From a virus, in the IMG/VR virus record IMGVR_UViG_3300037458_000572: a stretch of DNA of 61,734 nt; one strand, written 5' to 3'. Position 1 is the first letter of the stretch. Each line of letters begins with the position of its first letter. The notes under the pieces are model-generated. The model searched no databases and had not been told where the DNA came from. It saw only the letters and a program-made list of their open reading frames with translations. Both the position numbers and the translations under genes were made by a program. Positions 53,344 to 61,734 of this stretch are shown here, piece after piece.

Positions 53344-54045
53344 TTAAAGGCTAAAACTCCATCCGCTCGATTTGCCTTGGTTCATCGGACGCATGCCCGC
53401 CTCGTTGGCGTTTATGGCGTTGCCATACAGCCCTTGTGCTCTGTCCGCCGCGCTCTTGACCGTGTAGCCGCCCTCGGTTGCGGCCGTGTTGTAAGGCGTG
53501 TCCTGTATGCCCGATCGCGCAGCCATGGCAGACTTGAGCTTGCTGAACGTCTCGTCGCGCGCCTCGGTCCTGGCGCTCGCCCGAGCCCCCGATATGGACC
53601 GGGCGCGGTCCATGGCGATCGCTTTCATAAGGTTCTGATGCCGCGCGCCGGAAAGATTGACCCCCGTCCGCGACAACCCGCGGCGCACGCTCTCCGGCAC
53701 GTTGGCGTATTCGGACACCACGCCCGCCTCGGCTTCGGCCTCGCGCTGCGCAACGTCAACCGGAGTCGCCGCCTCTTTATAGAACGCTTCCATTGCCGGC
53801 GCCGATGCCCGCATTTCGGACATCAACTGTTCGTTGGTGAGGTCTTTAAGCGGCCGGGACCGCTCCAGATCCAGCATGCCCTCCGACATCACCTTGCGCT
53901 CATAGGGCGTATAGACCTCCCGCGCCAGGCTCCACTGCTCTTCCGCCATCTGCTGCTGGCGCTCGGCGACCCCAGCCATTCGCCGCGAGGCTTGCGGGTC
54001 AGTGGGATACTGGTTTGTGGTGCTCGACTGCCTTCCACCGCCCAT
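53344..54045 (-). CDS. hypothetical virion-module protein
   Basis: 233-aa ORF with SD AAGGAGAT upstream. Confidence 0.65.
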   Translation of the reverse strand: MGGGRQSSTTNQYPTDPQASRRMAGVAERQQQMAEEQWSLAREVYTPYERKVMSEGMLDLERSRPLKDLTNEQLMSEMRASAPAMEAFYKEAATPVDVAQREAEAEAGVVSEYANVPESVRRGLSRTGVNLSGARHQNLMKAIAMDRARSISGARASARTEARDETFSKLKSAMAARSGIQDTPYNTAATEGGYTVKSAADRAQGLYGNAINANEAGMRPMNQGKSSGWSFSL

Positions 54046-54048
54046 TTT

Positions 54049-54690
54049 TTATATCTCCTTCTTCGTGGGAGCGGCGTCCCCGCCGCGATTTTGTTTTTCT
54101 TTTGTTTCCGTTTTTTTACACCGCGCCTGCGTCATGCAGGACATAACCCCGTCCACCGCGCAGTTAGCGTAAATGTCGTATAGCATTCCTGGGACCGTCC
54201 CGAGGCGCTCCATCCCAACAGCCTTGGCGAACTTGACGGCGGAAATATTGTTGACCGGCGTTATGCCCAACAAAACACCCACCAGCGGCAGGCGCCCTTC
54301 TTCGCCGTCCGCGGCCAGTATGTATTCCAGTACATGCCGACCGATCATCTTGGTCTCTGAGCCCCAAAATTTTTTAAATATCGCATGATGCAAGTGCGCT
54401 GCATTACCAATAAAATCCCTGATCCAAAAAACCCCTACCATTTCAGCGCCTGCCGGTTCGTCCCTTCCCGCCCAAACCGTGAAGAAAAAAACCCCAGGGG
54501 TCTTCACCAGCCGCACGAACTCGCGCGCATCCGTCACCATGCCGTCGAAAAACAGCCACCGCACCGACCCTTCGGACCTCAACCGCTCAAACCACCCTTC
54601 GATTTCCGAATCCCTGAAGCTCGGCACCCCGTCATGCACCGCGTAAGGCACTATCTGGTATTCTCGGCTCATGTTTCCTTCCTGAACCAT
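54049..54690 (-). CDS. GNAT-like acetyltransferase (tentative)
   Basis: 213 aa. The segment GITPVNNISAVKFAKAVGMERLGTVPG resembles the GNAT C-terminal beta-alpha region; this is from memory only. Confidence 0.5.
   Translation of the reverse strand: MVQEGNMSREYQIVPYAVHDGVPSFRDSEIEGWFERLRSEGSVRWLFFDGMVTDAREFVRLVKTPGVFFFTVWAGRDEPAGAEMVGVFWIRDFIGNAAHLHHAIFKKFWGSETKMIGRHVLEYILAADGEEGRLPLVGVLLGITPVNNISAVKFAKAVGMERLGTVPGMLYDIYANCAVDGVMSCMTQARCKKTETKEKQNRGGDAAPTKKEI
54065..54090 (-). repeat. 25-nt GC hairpin motif, copy 6 (read in a different frame at the 3' end of a CDS)
   Basis: The plus strand reads gtgggagcggcgtccccgccgcgatt. Here it is translated as NRGGDAAPT. It lies 20 nt upstream of the next start codon. 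Confidence 0.85.
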
Positions 54691-54708
54691 TACCCCTGCA
54701 ACCTGTAT

Positions 54709-54909
54709 CTACTCCCCCGGCACCTCGTCCGCCGTGATCACCCCGAGGTCCACCAGATCCTGGAACGTCACCGCTCGGCGGCTCACATTTCGCCGCGTAT
54801 GGTTCCCCTGCAGCACCTGCACCGCCTCCCGCAGCGCCCGCAGCAGCCAGCCATGCCCGGTAGGCAAATCCTGCGGCACATCCGGTATCGTCACAACCCC
54901 ATCTCTCAT
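54709..54909 (-). CDS. hypothetical protein
   Basis: 66-aa ORF with an A-rich leader and no SD. Confidence 0.4.
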   Translation of the reverse strand: MRDGVVTIPDVPQDLPTGHGWLLRALREAVQVLQGNHTRRNVSRRAVTFQDLVDLGVITADEVPGE

Positions 54910-54933
54910 TTTTTTTGCCTTTGATCTTTTCGG

Positions 54934-54980
54934 CTTTTACCTAAAACTTAACACCTAAAACTTAAAACCATTTTTACACC
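54934..54980 (-). repeat. 7-nt periodic UAR repeat block, site B
   Basis: The minus strand reads GGTGTAAAAATGGTTTTAAGTTTTAGGTGTTAAGTTTTAGGTAAAAG. It starts 2 nt after the stop of 54982..56913. Confidence 0.85.
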
Positions 54981-54981
54981 A

Positions 54982-56913
54982 TCATTCAGTGTAAAGTTCC
55001 TCCATCCCGCTCGCTATTTCTATTTTGCGCACCGGAACATACCCGTCTACTCCCGCCTTGAACCGCCGGGAGCGAAACCCGCCCGGGAGCCTGAACCCGT
55101 CGCTGGCCGATAGCGTCTTGCTGTATTTCAACACCCCATCGCAATGCCACCTAAAGGTTGTAGTGGTTCCATACTGCAAATCGCTCGGCGATTTCAGCGC
55201 ATCACCGTTTAGCCCGTATACATTCAACTCGTCGCCGCCGATCCCGCCGGACACCCCGCCGGCGGAGAATATCGCCTCGTTATAGTCCTCTATCGACGCA
55301 TCTTCAGCCGCCAGCGCGGCGGCCGCCGCCGCGTATTCCTCGTCCACCGTGACGCGCGCCGCGCCGAAGTTAACCGCGGCGGGCAGCAAGATGTCGCCGC
55401 TTTCCCAATTGTAATAGAGTGCTGCTACCGGGTGCGCCTGCCACTCGGAAATATAAATCGGCACGGTCGCCGGAGGATTGTCCGGGTCGGTTTCCTCATT
55501 GACCGCCACATACAACTTCCCGTCGTCGTCCGAAATGTGCATGGCGTGCGCCGCCATTGCGGCCTGCGTGTAAATTCCGCTGGCGATGTCGATGATTGCG
55601 ATCCTGGAACTGTTGTACCCGGCGATGTATTTGCCGCCGAAAAAAACCGCGTGCATTGAATCTGGATACAAATCGTCCCAATCGTCTGCGTCCATCAGTT
55701 CGGCGGTCGTGTTTCTCAACCCGTTCTCGCTGGCGATCACGAGCCCTGGGGCGCTGGCGTACAATACCCCATCGGGCGTCTCCGCCGCGCTGCGCTTGCT
55801 CACGCAGGGGTATGTCCCGTCGAGGCGCACCACGGTCATCTGGTCGGGCTGCGCGCCGGAAACGAAATAGGCCGGCCCCGCCGTAAGCGCTACCAAGCTC
55901 GATCCCCGCACCTTTAACGTCACCAGCGGATGCGGTAGCTGCACCCTAAAATCGTCCGTATACGTCCCTTGGGGCCAGGCGTGCGGGTAGGACGGCTCGC
56001 TCATGTAAATCGTGCTGCCGACGAAACCCGCCATGACCCCGTTGGGCAGGGAACAAAGCGCCGTCAGATCGTCCGGCGGAGGTTCCCAATCCATGCTAAC
56101 CATAACGTCCGGCTGCAGACTGCCATCGGCGATTGAGTCGTACCAGTCGTCCCATTCGGTCGCGCTGCCGACGGGTGTAACGCCCGTTGTGTTGTTCTGC
56201 ACGCACTTGAACAGGCTGCCATTGTAAACCACAAGGTCGCCGTTATTGTAGGTCGCGGTCGCGGAATATATTTTCAGGTCGGTTGCAAACACCAGTTGAA
56301 ACTCGGCGAATCCAACTCCGCTCGAATTGGTGCGGTAAACCCTTATTTTGTCGATCGCGCGTCCGGATGGCGCGGACGAAAACCCGGTCAACGTCACGTT
56401 TCCCGAACCATAATTGCTGATCTCGATCAGTGGGGAGGGCGGCCCTTCCTCTCCGTACCGGTTAACGTAAGTATATGCGTATGCCCTGTACGTGGTAGCG
56501 GTGCTGTAGCCGCTTGCGCTCAATGCCGCGGCCGGGGCTGGCACGCCGAGCTTGATGTAGTCGGCGTCCTGGTCGAACGGGTCGCTCACATTGTCGTTGG
56601 CGAAAAAACGCGGCTCGCTTAATCCAGTGAAATATACCCGTTCATATGCGTCGTCCGGCACCGGACCCTTGCGCACATCAACGTCCGTGGCGAACTCAAG
56701 CCAATGCGCGGTTGCTGTCTCAACCCATTTGGCGATCGTCGCAAGCGCGGTTAGCGCCGCGTCCGCCACTTTGTACGGCATCGCCTCGGCGCGAATGTCG
56801 CCGCCGTCCAGGTCGCAGTTTTCCGCCACCGACGCCTCTCCGGGCGCCAATAAATGTGACGCGGCGATCGGCCGCATGCCCCTGAATCCGTTTGCCGGGA
56901 GTGTAATTTTCAC
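54982..56913 (-). CDS. large tail (tube/nozzle-like) structural protein, by size and position
   Basis: 643-aa ORF lying between adaptor/fibre-like genes and internal-protein-like genes. Confidence 0.6.
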   Translation of the reverse strand: MKITLPANGFRGMRPIAASHLLAPGEASVAENCDLDGGDIRAEAMPYKVADAALTALATIAKWVETATAHWLEFATDVDVRKGPVPDDAYERVYFTGLSEPRFFANDNVSDPFDQDADYIKLGVPAPAAALSASGYSTATTYRAYAYTYVNRYGEEGPPSPLIEISNYGSGNVTLTGFSSAPSGRAIDKIRVYRTNSSGVGFAEFQLVFATDLKIYSATATYNNGDLVVYNGSLFKCVQNNTTGVTPVGSATEWDDWYDSIADGSLQPDVMVSMDWEPPPDDLTALCSLPNGVMAGFVGSTIYMSEPSYPHAWPQGTYTDDFRVQLPHPLVTLKVRGSSLVALTAGPAYFVSGAQPDQMTVVRLDGTYPCVSKRSAAETPDGVLYASAPGLVIASENGLRNTTAELMDADDWDDLYPDSMHAVFFGGKYIAGYNSSRIAIIDIASGIYTQAAMAAHAMHISDDDGKLYVAVNEETDPDNPPATVPIYISEWQAHPVAALYYNWESGDILLPAAVNFGAARVTVDEEYAAAAAALAAEDASIEDYNEAIFSAGGVSGGIGGDELNVYGLNGDALKSPSDLQYGTTTTFRWHCDGVLKYSKTLSASDGFRLPGGFRSRRFKAGVDGYVPVRKIEIASGMEELYTE

Positions 56914-57266
56914 TGTTTGGCTTCCAGCATGCGCGAAACGCCGCCATAGCCGTTTCGCACCAATTTAAGCAGTTCTTCCTTGGCGGCCTGGCCGTCCGTC
57001 AGCGCGGCCATTGCCTGGAAAACTGATGCGTTTTTGGTTTCGCCAACTTCTTTGTGCACCATCGCCATCCTGTTCTGCAATCCCGACAGTTCTTCAGCGA
57101 TCATAAACTGACTGCAACCGTAAACGACTACCCGCTCGCCATTGTCGAACGTATTGTCGGAAACGTATTTCATCGCACACCGCTCCCACCGCTTGCGGCA
57201 CGGCTTGCTGTTGTAGGGACACTCAAGATCGCGGCGGTCTATTTCCCTTCCAGGTCTCATCGTCAA
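56910..57266 (-). CDS. hypothetical protein
   Basis: 118-aa ORF with 4-nt overlaps at both ends. Confidence 0.5.
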   Translation of the reverse strand: MTMRPGREIDRRDLECPYNSKPCRKRWERCAMKYVSDNTFDNGERVVVYGCSQFMIAEELSGLQNRMAMVHKEVGETKNASVFQAMAALTDGQAAKEELLKLVRNGYGGVSRMLEAKQ

Positions 57267-58060
57267 TTCCTCTGCTGGCGCGTGAAATTGCGTCCGGTGG
57301 GCCGCCAGGTGGCTGACGTTCCTGATTCGCCGGTGGCGCCGGTGCCAGCCGCGCCGGTTCCGCCCGTGCCAGCCGCCGAGGTGGCGGTATGCCCTGTAAT
57401 ATTCAGCGCGTAAGTAAGCCCCGTGCCTCCAGGGTTTCCTGCTGCCAGCATACTTGTGCTATGCGAACCGGTATCGTGGGTGTGGCTTGGGCCGGTGTGG
57501 GTGTGGGAGGGACCGGTGTGCGTGTGCCCGGGCTGCATCCATGTGCCGCCCGACTTGTTTGTACCCGCGGCTTCTCCAGAGGCACCGCTGCCTTTGGTGA
57601 CGTAAACCAGTCCGTCGTCCACGTCCGTCTTCAGCGTGTAACCCAGCGCCGCTGTGTCTTTTTCGAATAAAATAATATCGCCGGCGGGTATGGCGCTCGC
57701 CACCCAATCCATAATCCCCGCAGTCAGCCGCAGTACGACCGCATGGTCGGAGGATGCCGTAACGGCCAGCGCCGACGTTCCTTCCTGCGCGCGGCCGGAA
57801 ACATTCCCGGTTGTCTGGTCCGCCACGCTGCTGCCGATTGTCACCACATCGGACCCCGAAGGACGCTTGATTACCTTGATTATTTCTCGGCTTCCAGCGC
57901 TATTGACCAGCGTGATGAAAAAATGCTTTTCCTGCCCTGTTTCTATTGCCGGGCACCCGAGATCGCCGTGGCCGCTTTTTAGCGTGAGCGTCGTTGCGAC
58001 GGCTGTGCAGTCGGTTGACAGCTCCATGACGTACTGGTTTTTGAATTGTATGGCCGACAT
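57263..58060 (-). CDS. tail-fibre/collar-like protein
   Basis: 265 aa. GHTHTGPSHTHTGPSHTH and a Gly/Thr/Ala-rich C-terminus are typical of short fibre/collar-domain proteins. Confidence 0.65.
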   Translation of the reverse strand: MSAIQFKNQYVMELSTDCTAVATTLTLKSGHGDLGCPAIETGQEKHFFITLVNSAGSREIIKVIKRPSGSDVVTIGSSVADQTTGNVSGRAQEGTSALAVTASSDHAVVLRLTAGIMDWVASAIPAGDIILFEKDTAALGYTLKTDVDDGLVYVTKGSGASGEAAGTNKSGGTWMQPGHTHTGPSHTHTGPSHTHDTGSHSTSMLAAGNPGGTGLTYALNITGHTATSAAGTGGTGAAGTGATGESGTSATWRPTGRNFTRQQRN

Positions 58061-58089
58061 TCCGACCGTCTCCTTTCTTGACCGTTACA

Positions 58090-58770
58090 TTAAATGTCGT
58101 GCTGCGCGGCGTCAGGCGCTACGGCGTCAGTTTCAACGCGCTCGGCAATACCGATTGACGATTGAAACTTAGAATACCATGCGAGCGCCCTTTCGCGCGC
58201 TCCATTAGAAAAATCGGCGTCCTTTGCGTAAGACCAGTAGCAACAGAACTCGGTCAGCGCATTGGCGTGCTCGTCGCCAATTCCGATTGCCACAGCGTAA
58301 CTGCCGGGATTGACTAAATCTGCTGGCAGCGCGCCATACGTCATGTAGACATAGCCTTGCGCGCTTGACGGTTGAGGGGGGATGACCGCGAACTGCTTGG
58401 GGATCTTGTCGTCGTAGGCGTAATGGCGCGCCTCGGCCGATGCGTCCATGGCGGCGAAGAACGGATTATAGGCCCCCATTTTTTCAAGGTTCACCTTGGT
58501 CACAAGCCGCCCCGGCGTAAGCCCGTCGGCGCCCATGTTGTGGGATATGCGCAGTAGTACGAGACCGCCCGCCGGAAGGCTCTGGTACGTTCCGGCCGCG
58601 AGTTGCACGGCGCCGGATACTAAATTCGCATCGGGCTTCAACGCACAGATTTCGCGCTGACCGTGGTTGACCCCCGAGAAAAGCCATTCCTCGGTCCAGC
58701 GGTCGTATCCTTCGTCATGCAGAAACCCGGACGCCGTCGCCATAATTGCCGATGCCAGTATCGTCCCCAT
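58090..58770 (-). CDS. head-tail adaptor-like protein (tentative)
   Basis: 226-aa ORF. WTEEWLFSGVNHGQREICALKPDA resembles phage adaptor families; this is from memory only. Confidence 0.55.
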   Translation of the reverse strand: MGTILASAIMATASGFLHDEGYDRWTEEWLFSGVNHGQREICALKPDANLVSGAVQLAAGTYQSLPAGGLVLLRISHNMGADGLTPGRLVTKVNLEKMGAYNPFFAAMDASAEARHYAYDDKIPKQFAVIPPQPSSAQGYVYMTYGALPADLVNPGSYAVAIGIGDEHANALTEFCCYWSYAKDADFSNGARERALAWYSKFQSSIGIAERVETDAVAPDAAQHDI

Positions 58771-58798
58771 TTTTTTGCCTTTTATTCTTGTTTTGGTT

Positions 58799-58832
58799 CT
58801 TACTTAAAACTTAAAACGTAAAACTTAAAACT
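58799..58832 (-). repeat. 7-nt periodic UAR repeat block, site C
   Basis: The minus strand reads AGTTTTAAGTTTTACGTTTTAAGTTTTAAGTAAG, lying between 58842..59750 and 58090..58770. Confidence 0.85.
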
Positions 58833-58841
58833 ATGCGGTTA

Positions 58842-59750
58842 CTACAACCTCACCAGATACTGGTCCCCCTGCAGCGCCCGCATAGCCGCCTCTTCCCGAA
58901 CCCGCTTAACCTCTTCGATAAAACCCTTATGGTGCAGCAAAACGGGCTTGCCCAACTTTTTGCCTGAAGTAAACCTGAATGCCGCCTCATCGCAAATTGC
59001 CCGGCAGCTTTCTTCTGGCAGTCCCCATACGCCATAGTCTGAAAACACCGGCGCCGGCTTTCGAATGTATGGGATCGTGAATGTCCCCGTTGAATCGGCG
59101 CTGGGCGCGTCCAGTAACAACTGCTGCGTTGATGCCGGCACGACAACATAGGCATCGCCGCTGCCAAACCCCTGTGAGCTTCCGCCGAACATCGCGCATT
59201 TCAACTGCGTCACGGCGGCAACTGAAAGCACCAAACCGTGGCTTTGCCGTGTCGTATTGTGCACGTTGTCACGCGCCTGCACCGTGCCCGTGAATGTCTT
59301 TGCCGTGTCCGTCAGCGCCGCCTCGCCGCCGGTCTCCCCCCCGGCCGATGTAGTCGTTCCGGTAATGCGGCTTTCGTCGGATTCCCGCGCCGCAACCGCC
59401 ACCCGCGACGGATATTGCCGCTCCGTGCTTTCGTTGGCGCGGAATATTTTTTCCTGGCTGGAAACGACCGGCCAGTGTTCGTCGCCGGTGCCGTCAACAT
59501 ACTTTATTACCAGCCGACGGCAGGAGTCGTATGCGTACAGGTCTATAAAATCAGGCGGCAGATCGTACCTGACGGCCGCTGCTATAGAAGTAATGCTAAT
59601 CGTCCCGGTCAGCGAGCGCGTCAGCCGCGCGAACTCGATTGCCGCAGCGTCCAGGTGCCTGTAGATTGTTCGGGAATTTAGTTGCAGCAAATCGGTGTCT
59701 GGCCTGTCTACTGCGTCCAAAAACATCTCAATTAGTGTTTTTCCGTCCAT
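58842..59750 (-). CDS. hypothetical virion-module protein
   Basis: 302-aa ORF downstream of the beta-helix gene. Confidence 0.65.
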   Translation of the reverse strand: MDGKTLIEMFLDAVDRPDTDLLQLNSRTIYRHLDAAAIEFARLTRSLTGTISITSIAAAVRYDLPPDFIDLYAYDSCRRLVIKYVDGTGDEHWPVVSSQEKIFRANESTERQYPSRVAVAARESDESRITGTTTSAGGETGGEAALTDTAKTFTGTVQARDNVHNTTRQSHGLVLSVAAVTQLKCAMFGGSSQGFGSGDAYVVVPASTQQLLLDAPSADSTGTFTIPYIRKPAPVFSDYGVWGLPEESCRAICDEAAFRFTSGKKLGKPVLLHHKGFIEEVKRVREEAAMRALQGDQYLVRL

Positions 59751-59818
59751 GGCGCCTTTCTATGTTACTTATATATACCATCGTTTCCGCCGCTGCTAGA
59801 CAATCGAGCTGCGCAAGG

Positions 59819-61734
59819 CTATTTAGCGACAACTTTTCTTCCTCCGGCCTTCAGGGACACCTTTGGAGCATTAGGGGCTACCGGCGGAGGAGGTTCGGAA
59901 GCGGCTATCAATTCGGGCTCGAACCAGTCAAAAAACGTGTTGGGCTCCCGTCCACGGATAGCAAGCGTGTGGTTGCCGGAAGTCAAATATATTTCATAAG
60001 GACTGTATTGTGGCGCTGAAAAGGTTCCCGTTCCGCGTTTGTTCAAATAGGTCGTCACCCAGGCTCCGTAATATTCAGGCAAGCTGGACGGATTGCCGTC
60101 CCAGGTATCCTCGTCCGCGCCGTCGATTGAAAAATAAAACGAGTCCGCGCTGGCTGATTGTAGGTAAACCCTTGTTTGTATTCTATAGGTGCCCGTTTGT
60201 GCGACTGAAAACGTATAATTGGCCGTTCCCTGGCCGCTGACTGTGGTGTGGATATAGTGGCCTCCAGATGCCGCAGAGTTTGAAGCAACGACCATCGGTG
60301 ACACTATCGTTCCGTCCTCGGCCTCGTTGTAATCTGTCGCCGGCGGGGATGCCGCCGAAATAGTGTAGCTCATCGAGGTGGTGGCGGAGGTGTTTGCCGG
60401 GGATGCCGTATCCTGCGCAGCAACGTAGGTCGTATAGGTTGCGCCACAGGCCCGCGACACTGTACGGGTATGCGTCAGGTTGTCCTGCGTGCTAAAGACG
60501 CTCGGTAAAGATGCGTAGACCACGTTTGACGATCCGTATTTCGCCGTTGCGACCTCGTTCGTGCTTATGACTTCCTCCACGTTCACCGGATCGGAAGTGC
60601 AGGCAAGCGACTGCCCGGCGGTGGGCGAAACTATCGTAATGACCGGAGGCGTGGTGTCTGATGGCGGAGTCGGCGGCGTCCCGCCATATTCGTATGGGCC
60701 GATGTCCCAGGTGGTGCCGCGAGAGTTGCCGTCCTTGTCGAGCGTAAAATAGGAGGCGGCGTTCGTCCCTTGGTTTATGATCCCGGTCGCGTTTACGGTA
60801 GGGCGAAAGTTGTTAGCGTCGCCGCCGTATTGTGAGTATGTCGTAAAATAGGTTGCCGCTTGAGTCGTGGTCAAAAACAGACTATCGACTTCCGTTGCAA
60901 CGGCCGTCTGGACAGATGTGTATCCATTATTCACGCAAACATTGTTATAAACGTAGTTGTTTGTAAACGTGTTTGTAGGAGACCCCGATGTGTTTGAAAA
61001 CGCTATGCAGCGCTCTCCAGGGTTGTCAGCTATCAAATTGTTTGCGATGATTATGTCGTTCCAGGTCGTACCAGTAGAGTTTGTCCCCAATGATATGCCC
61101 TGATAGTTTGTCGCAATAACCGAAGCCGAACTCTTGTACGCTATGTTATTGTATATTTTGACATGGTTAAATGTGTAATCTCTTTGTGCCTGCAAAAAAA
61201 TGCTATAGTTGGTGACATCGACAAACGTATTGTTATAAACACTTAAATAATACGCGCCAAGAGACTGCAAGCCGTCCATGTGCTGTATCGTAGAGGTGTA
61301 CGGAATCCCCTTTGCGTAGTTGTTATAAACTGAGACTCCCTTTCCTCCTGCCTTGAAACAGTCCTCTCCTATGCCATTCCCGTTTAATTGATACGGAAAA
61401 TATATCGTGTTGTCGTGTACCAACACGCTACCGTATGCATCGGGGTTGCTCCACGAACCTTGGAGATAAAAAACGTGGTCGGCGTTTGCGGTGGTCGGAA
61501 GTTTGTTGATATAGCAATGGTCTATCTCTACATTGGACAAACCGGAGCCGTAAAAAAACCTGCCATTGCTTCCGACACTTTTTACATAAGATATTTTCGC
61601 GTTGGTCGTCGAAATTATGCCGCTGCTTTTAGATCCTATAAACTCAATATGCTGCGTCGAGTCACCAGCATATCCTGAAACGATTATATGGTTTTTATCA
61701 ACAAAGTTTGAGCCGGTCGATGAAAACCGAACCA
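59819..61734 (-). CDS. 3' part of wrap-around gene: right-handed beta-helix protein (putative tailspike/depolymerase)
   Basis: The frame is open to the window end and continues from 1..422 across the junction. Repetitive N.....N/Y.N turns (YNNIAY, IANNLIADN, YVYNNVCVNN) are typical of parallel beta-helices. The C-terminal region is probably a beta-sandwich. Confidence 0.75.
   Translation of the reverse strand, partial: VRFSSTGSNFVDKNHIIVSGYAGDSTQHIEFIGSKSSGIISTTNAKISYVKSVGSNGRFFYGSGLSNVEIDHCYINKLPTTANADHVFYLQGSWSNPDAYGSVLVHDNTIYFPYQLNGNGIGEDCFKAGGKGVSVYNNYAKGIPYTSTIQHMDGLQSLGAYYLSVYNNTFVDVTNYSIFLQAQRDYTFNHVKIYNNIAYKSSASVIATNYQGISLGTNSTGTTWNDIIIANNLIADNPGERCIAFSNTSGSPTNTFTNNYVYNNVCVNNGYTSVQTAVATEVDSLFLTTTQAATYFTTYSQYGGDANNFRPTVNATGIINQGTNAASYFTLDKDGNSRGTTWDIGPYEYGGTPPTPPSDTTPPVITIVSPTAGQSLACTSDPVNVEEVISTNEVATAKYGSSNVVYASLPSVFSTQDNLTHTRTVSRACGATYTTYVAAQDTASPANTSATTSMSYTISAASPPATDYNEAEDGTIVSPMVVASNSAASGGHYIHTTVSGQGTANYTFSVAQTGTYRIQTRVYLQSASADSFYFSIDGADEDTWDGNPSSLPEYYGAWVTTYLNKRGTGTFSAPQYSPYEIYLTSGNHTLAIRGREPNTFFDWFEPELIAASEPPPPVAPNAPKVSLKAGGRKVVAK
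61608..61734. repeat. terminal direct overlap, copy 2
   Basis: Identical to bases 1-127. Confidence 0.95.

Noticed and set aside
57450-57560. HTHTGPSHTHTGPSHTH as a distinct metal-binding or mobile repeat element.
   Set aside because: Short His-Thr repeats are a common feature of phage fibre/collar-type proteins, so this is adequately explained by the CDS annotation.

Overview
The window is a complete, circularly closed genome of about 61.6 kb from a GC-rich temperate tailed phage or prophage. Bases 1-127 are identical to 61608-61734, and one gene runs across that junction. Almost all genes are on the minus strand. The late operon starts at terS (13081) and runs leftwards through terL, portal, scaffold and an HK97-like capsid gene. 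It then passes a run of signal-peptide proteins and wraps through base 1 into a beta-helix protein. It continues through adaptor/tube/fibre-like genes and large internal-virion-like proteins to a 3,876-codon polyvalent ORF (30714..42344), ending in a small membrane-protein (lysis-like) cassette. The early leftward operon starts at a cro-like gene (27061). It carries a DHH phosphoesterase, an AT-rich HNH island, an SLT transglycosylase, several Zn-ribbon proteins, HTH proteins and a prim-pol/SF3 helicase. Plus-strand genes are limited to a cI-like repressor plus tyrosine integrase (27153..28930) and a second short tyrosine recombinase island (15026..15996). The most unusual items are these: the giant MTase-helicase-zincin ORF, which carries a LAGLIDADG intein and an out-of-frame nested gene with its own promoter; a 25-nt GC hairpin motif present six times, inside and outside coding sequence; 7-nt periodic UAR repeats in late intergenic regions; and a 1.9-kb structured non-coding region holding a dyad-symmetric iteron cluster. 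No rRNA, tRNA or CRISPR array was seen. All functional calls rest on motifs read by eye and on gene order. No database search was possible, and GC statements are visual impressions, not computed values.
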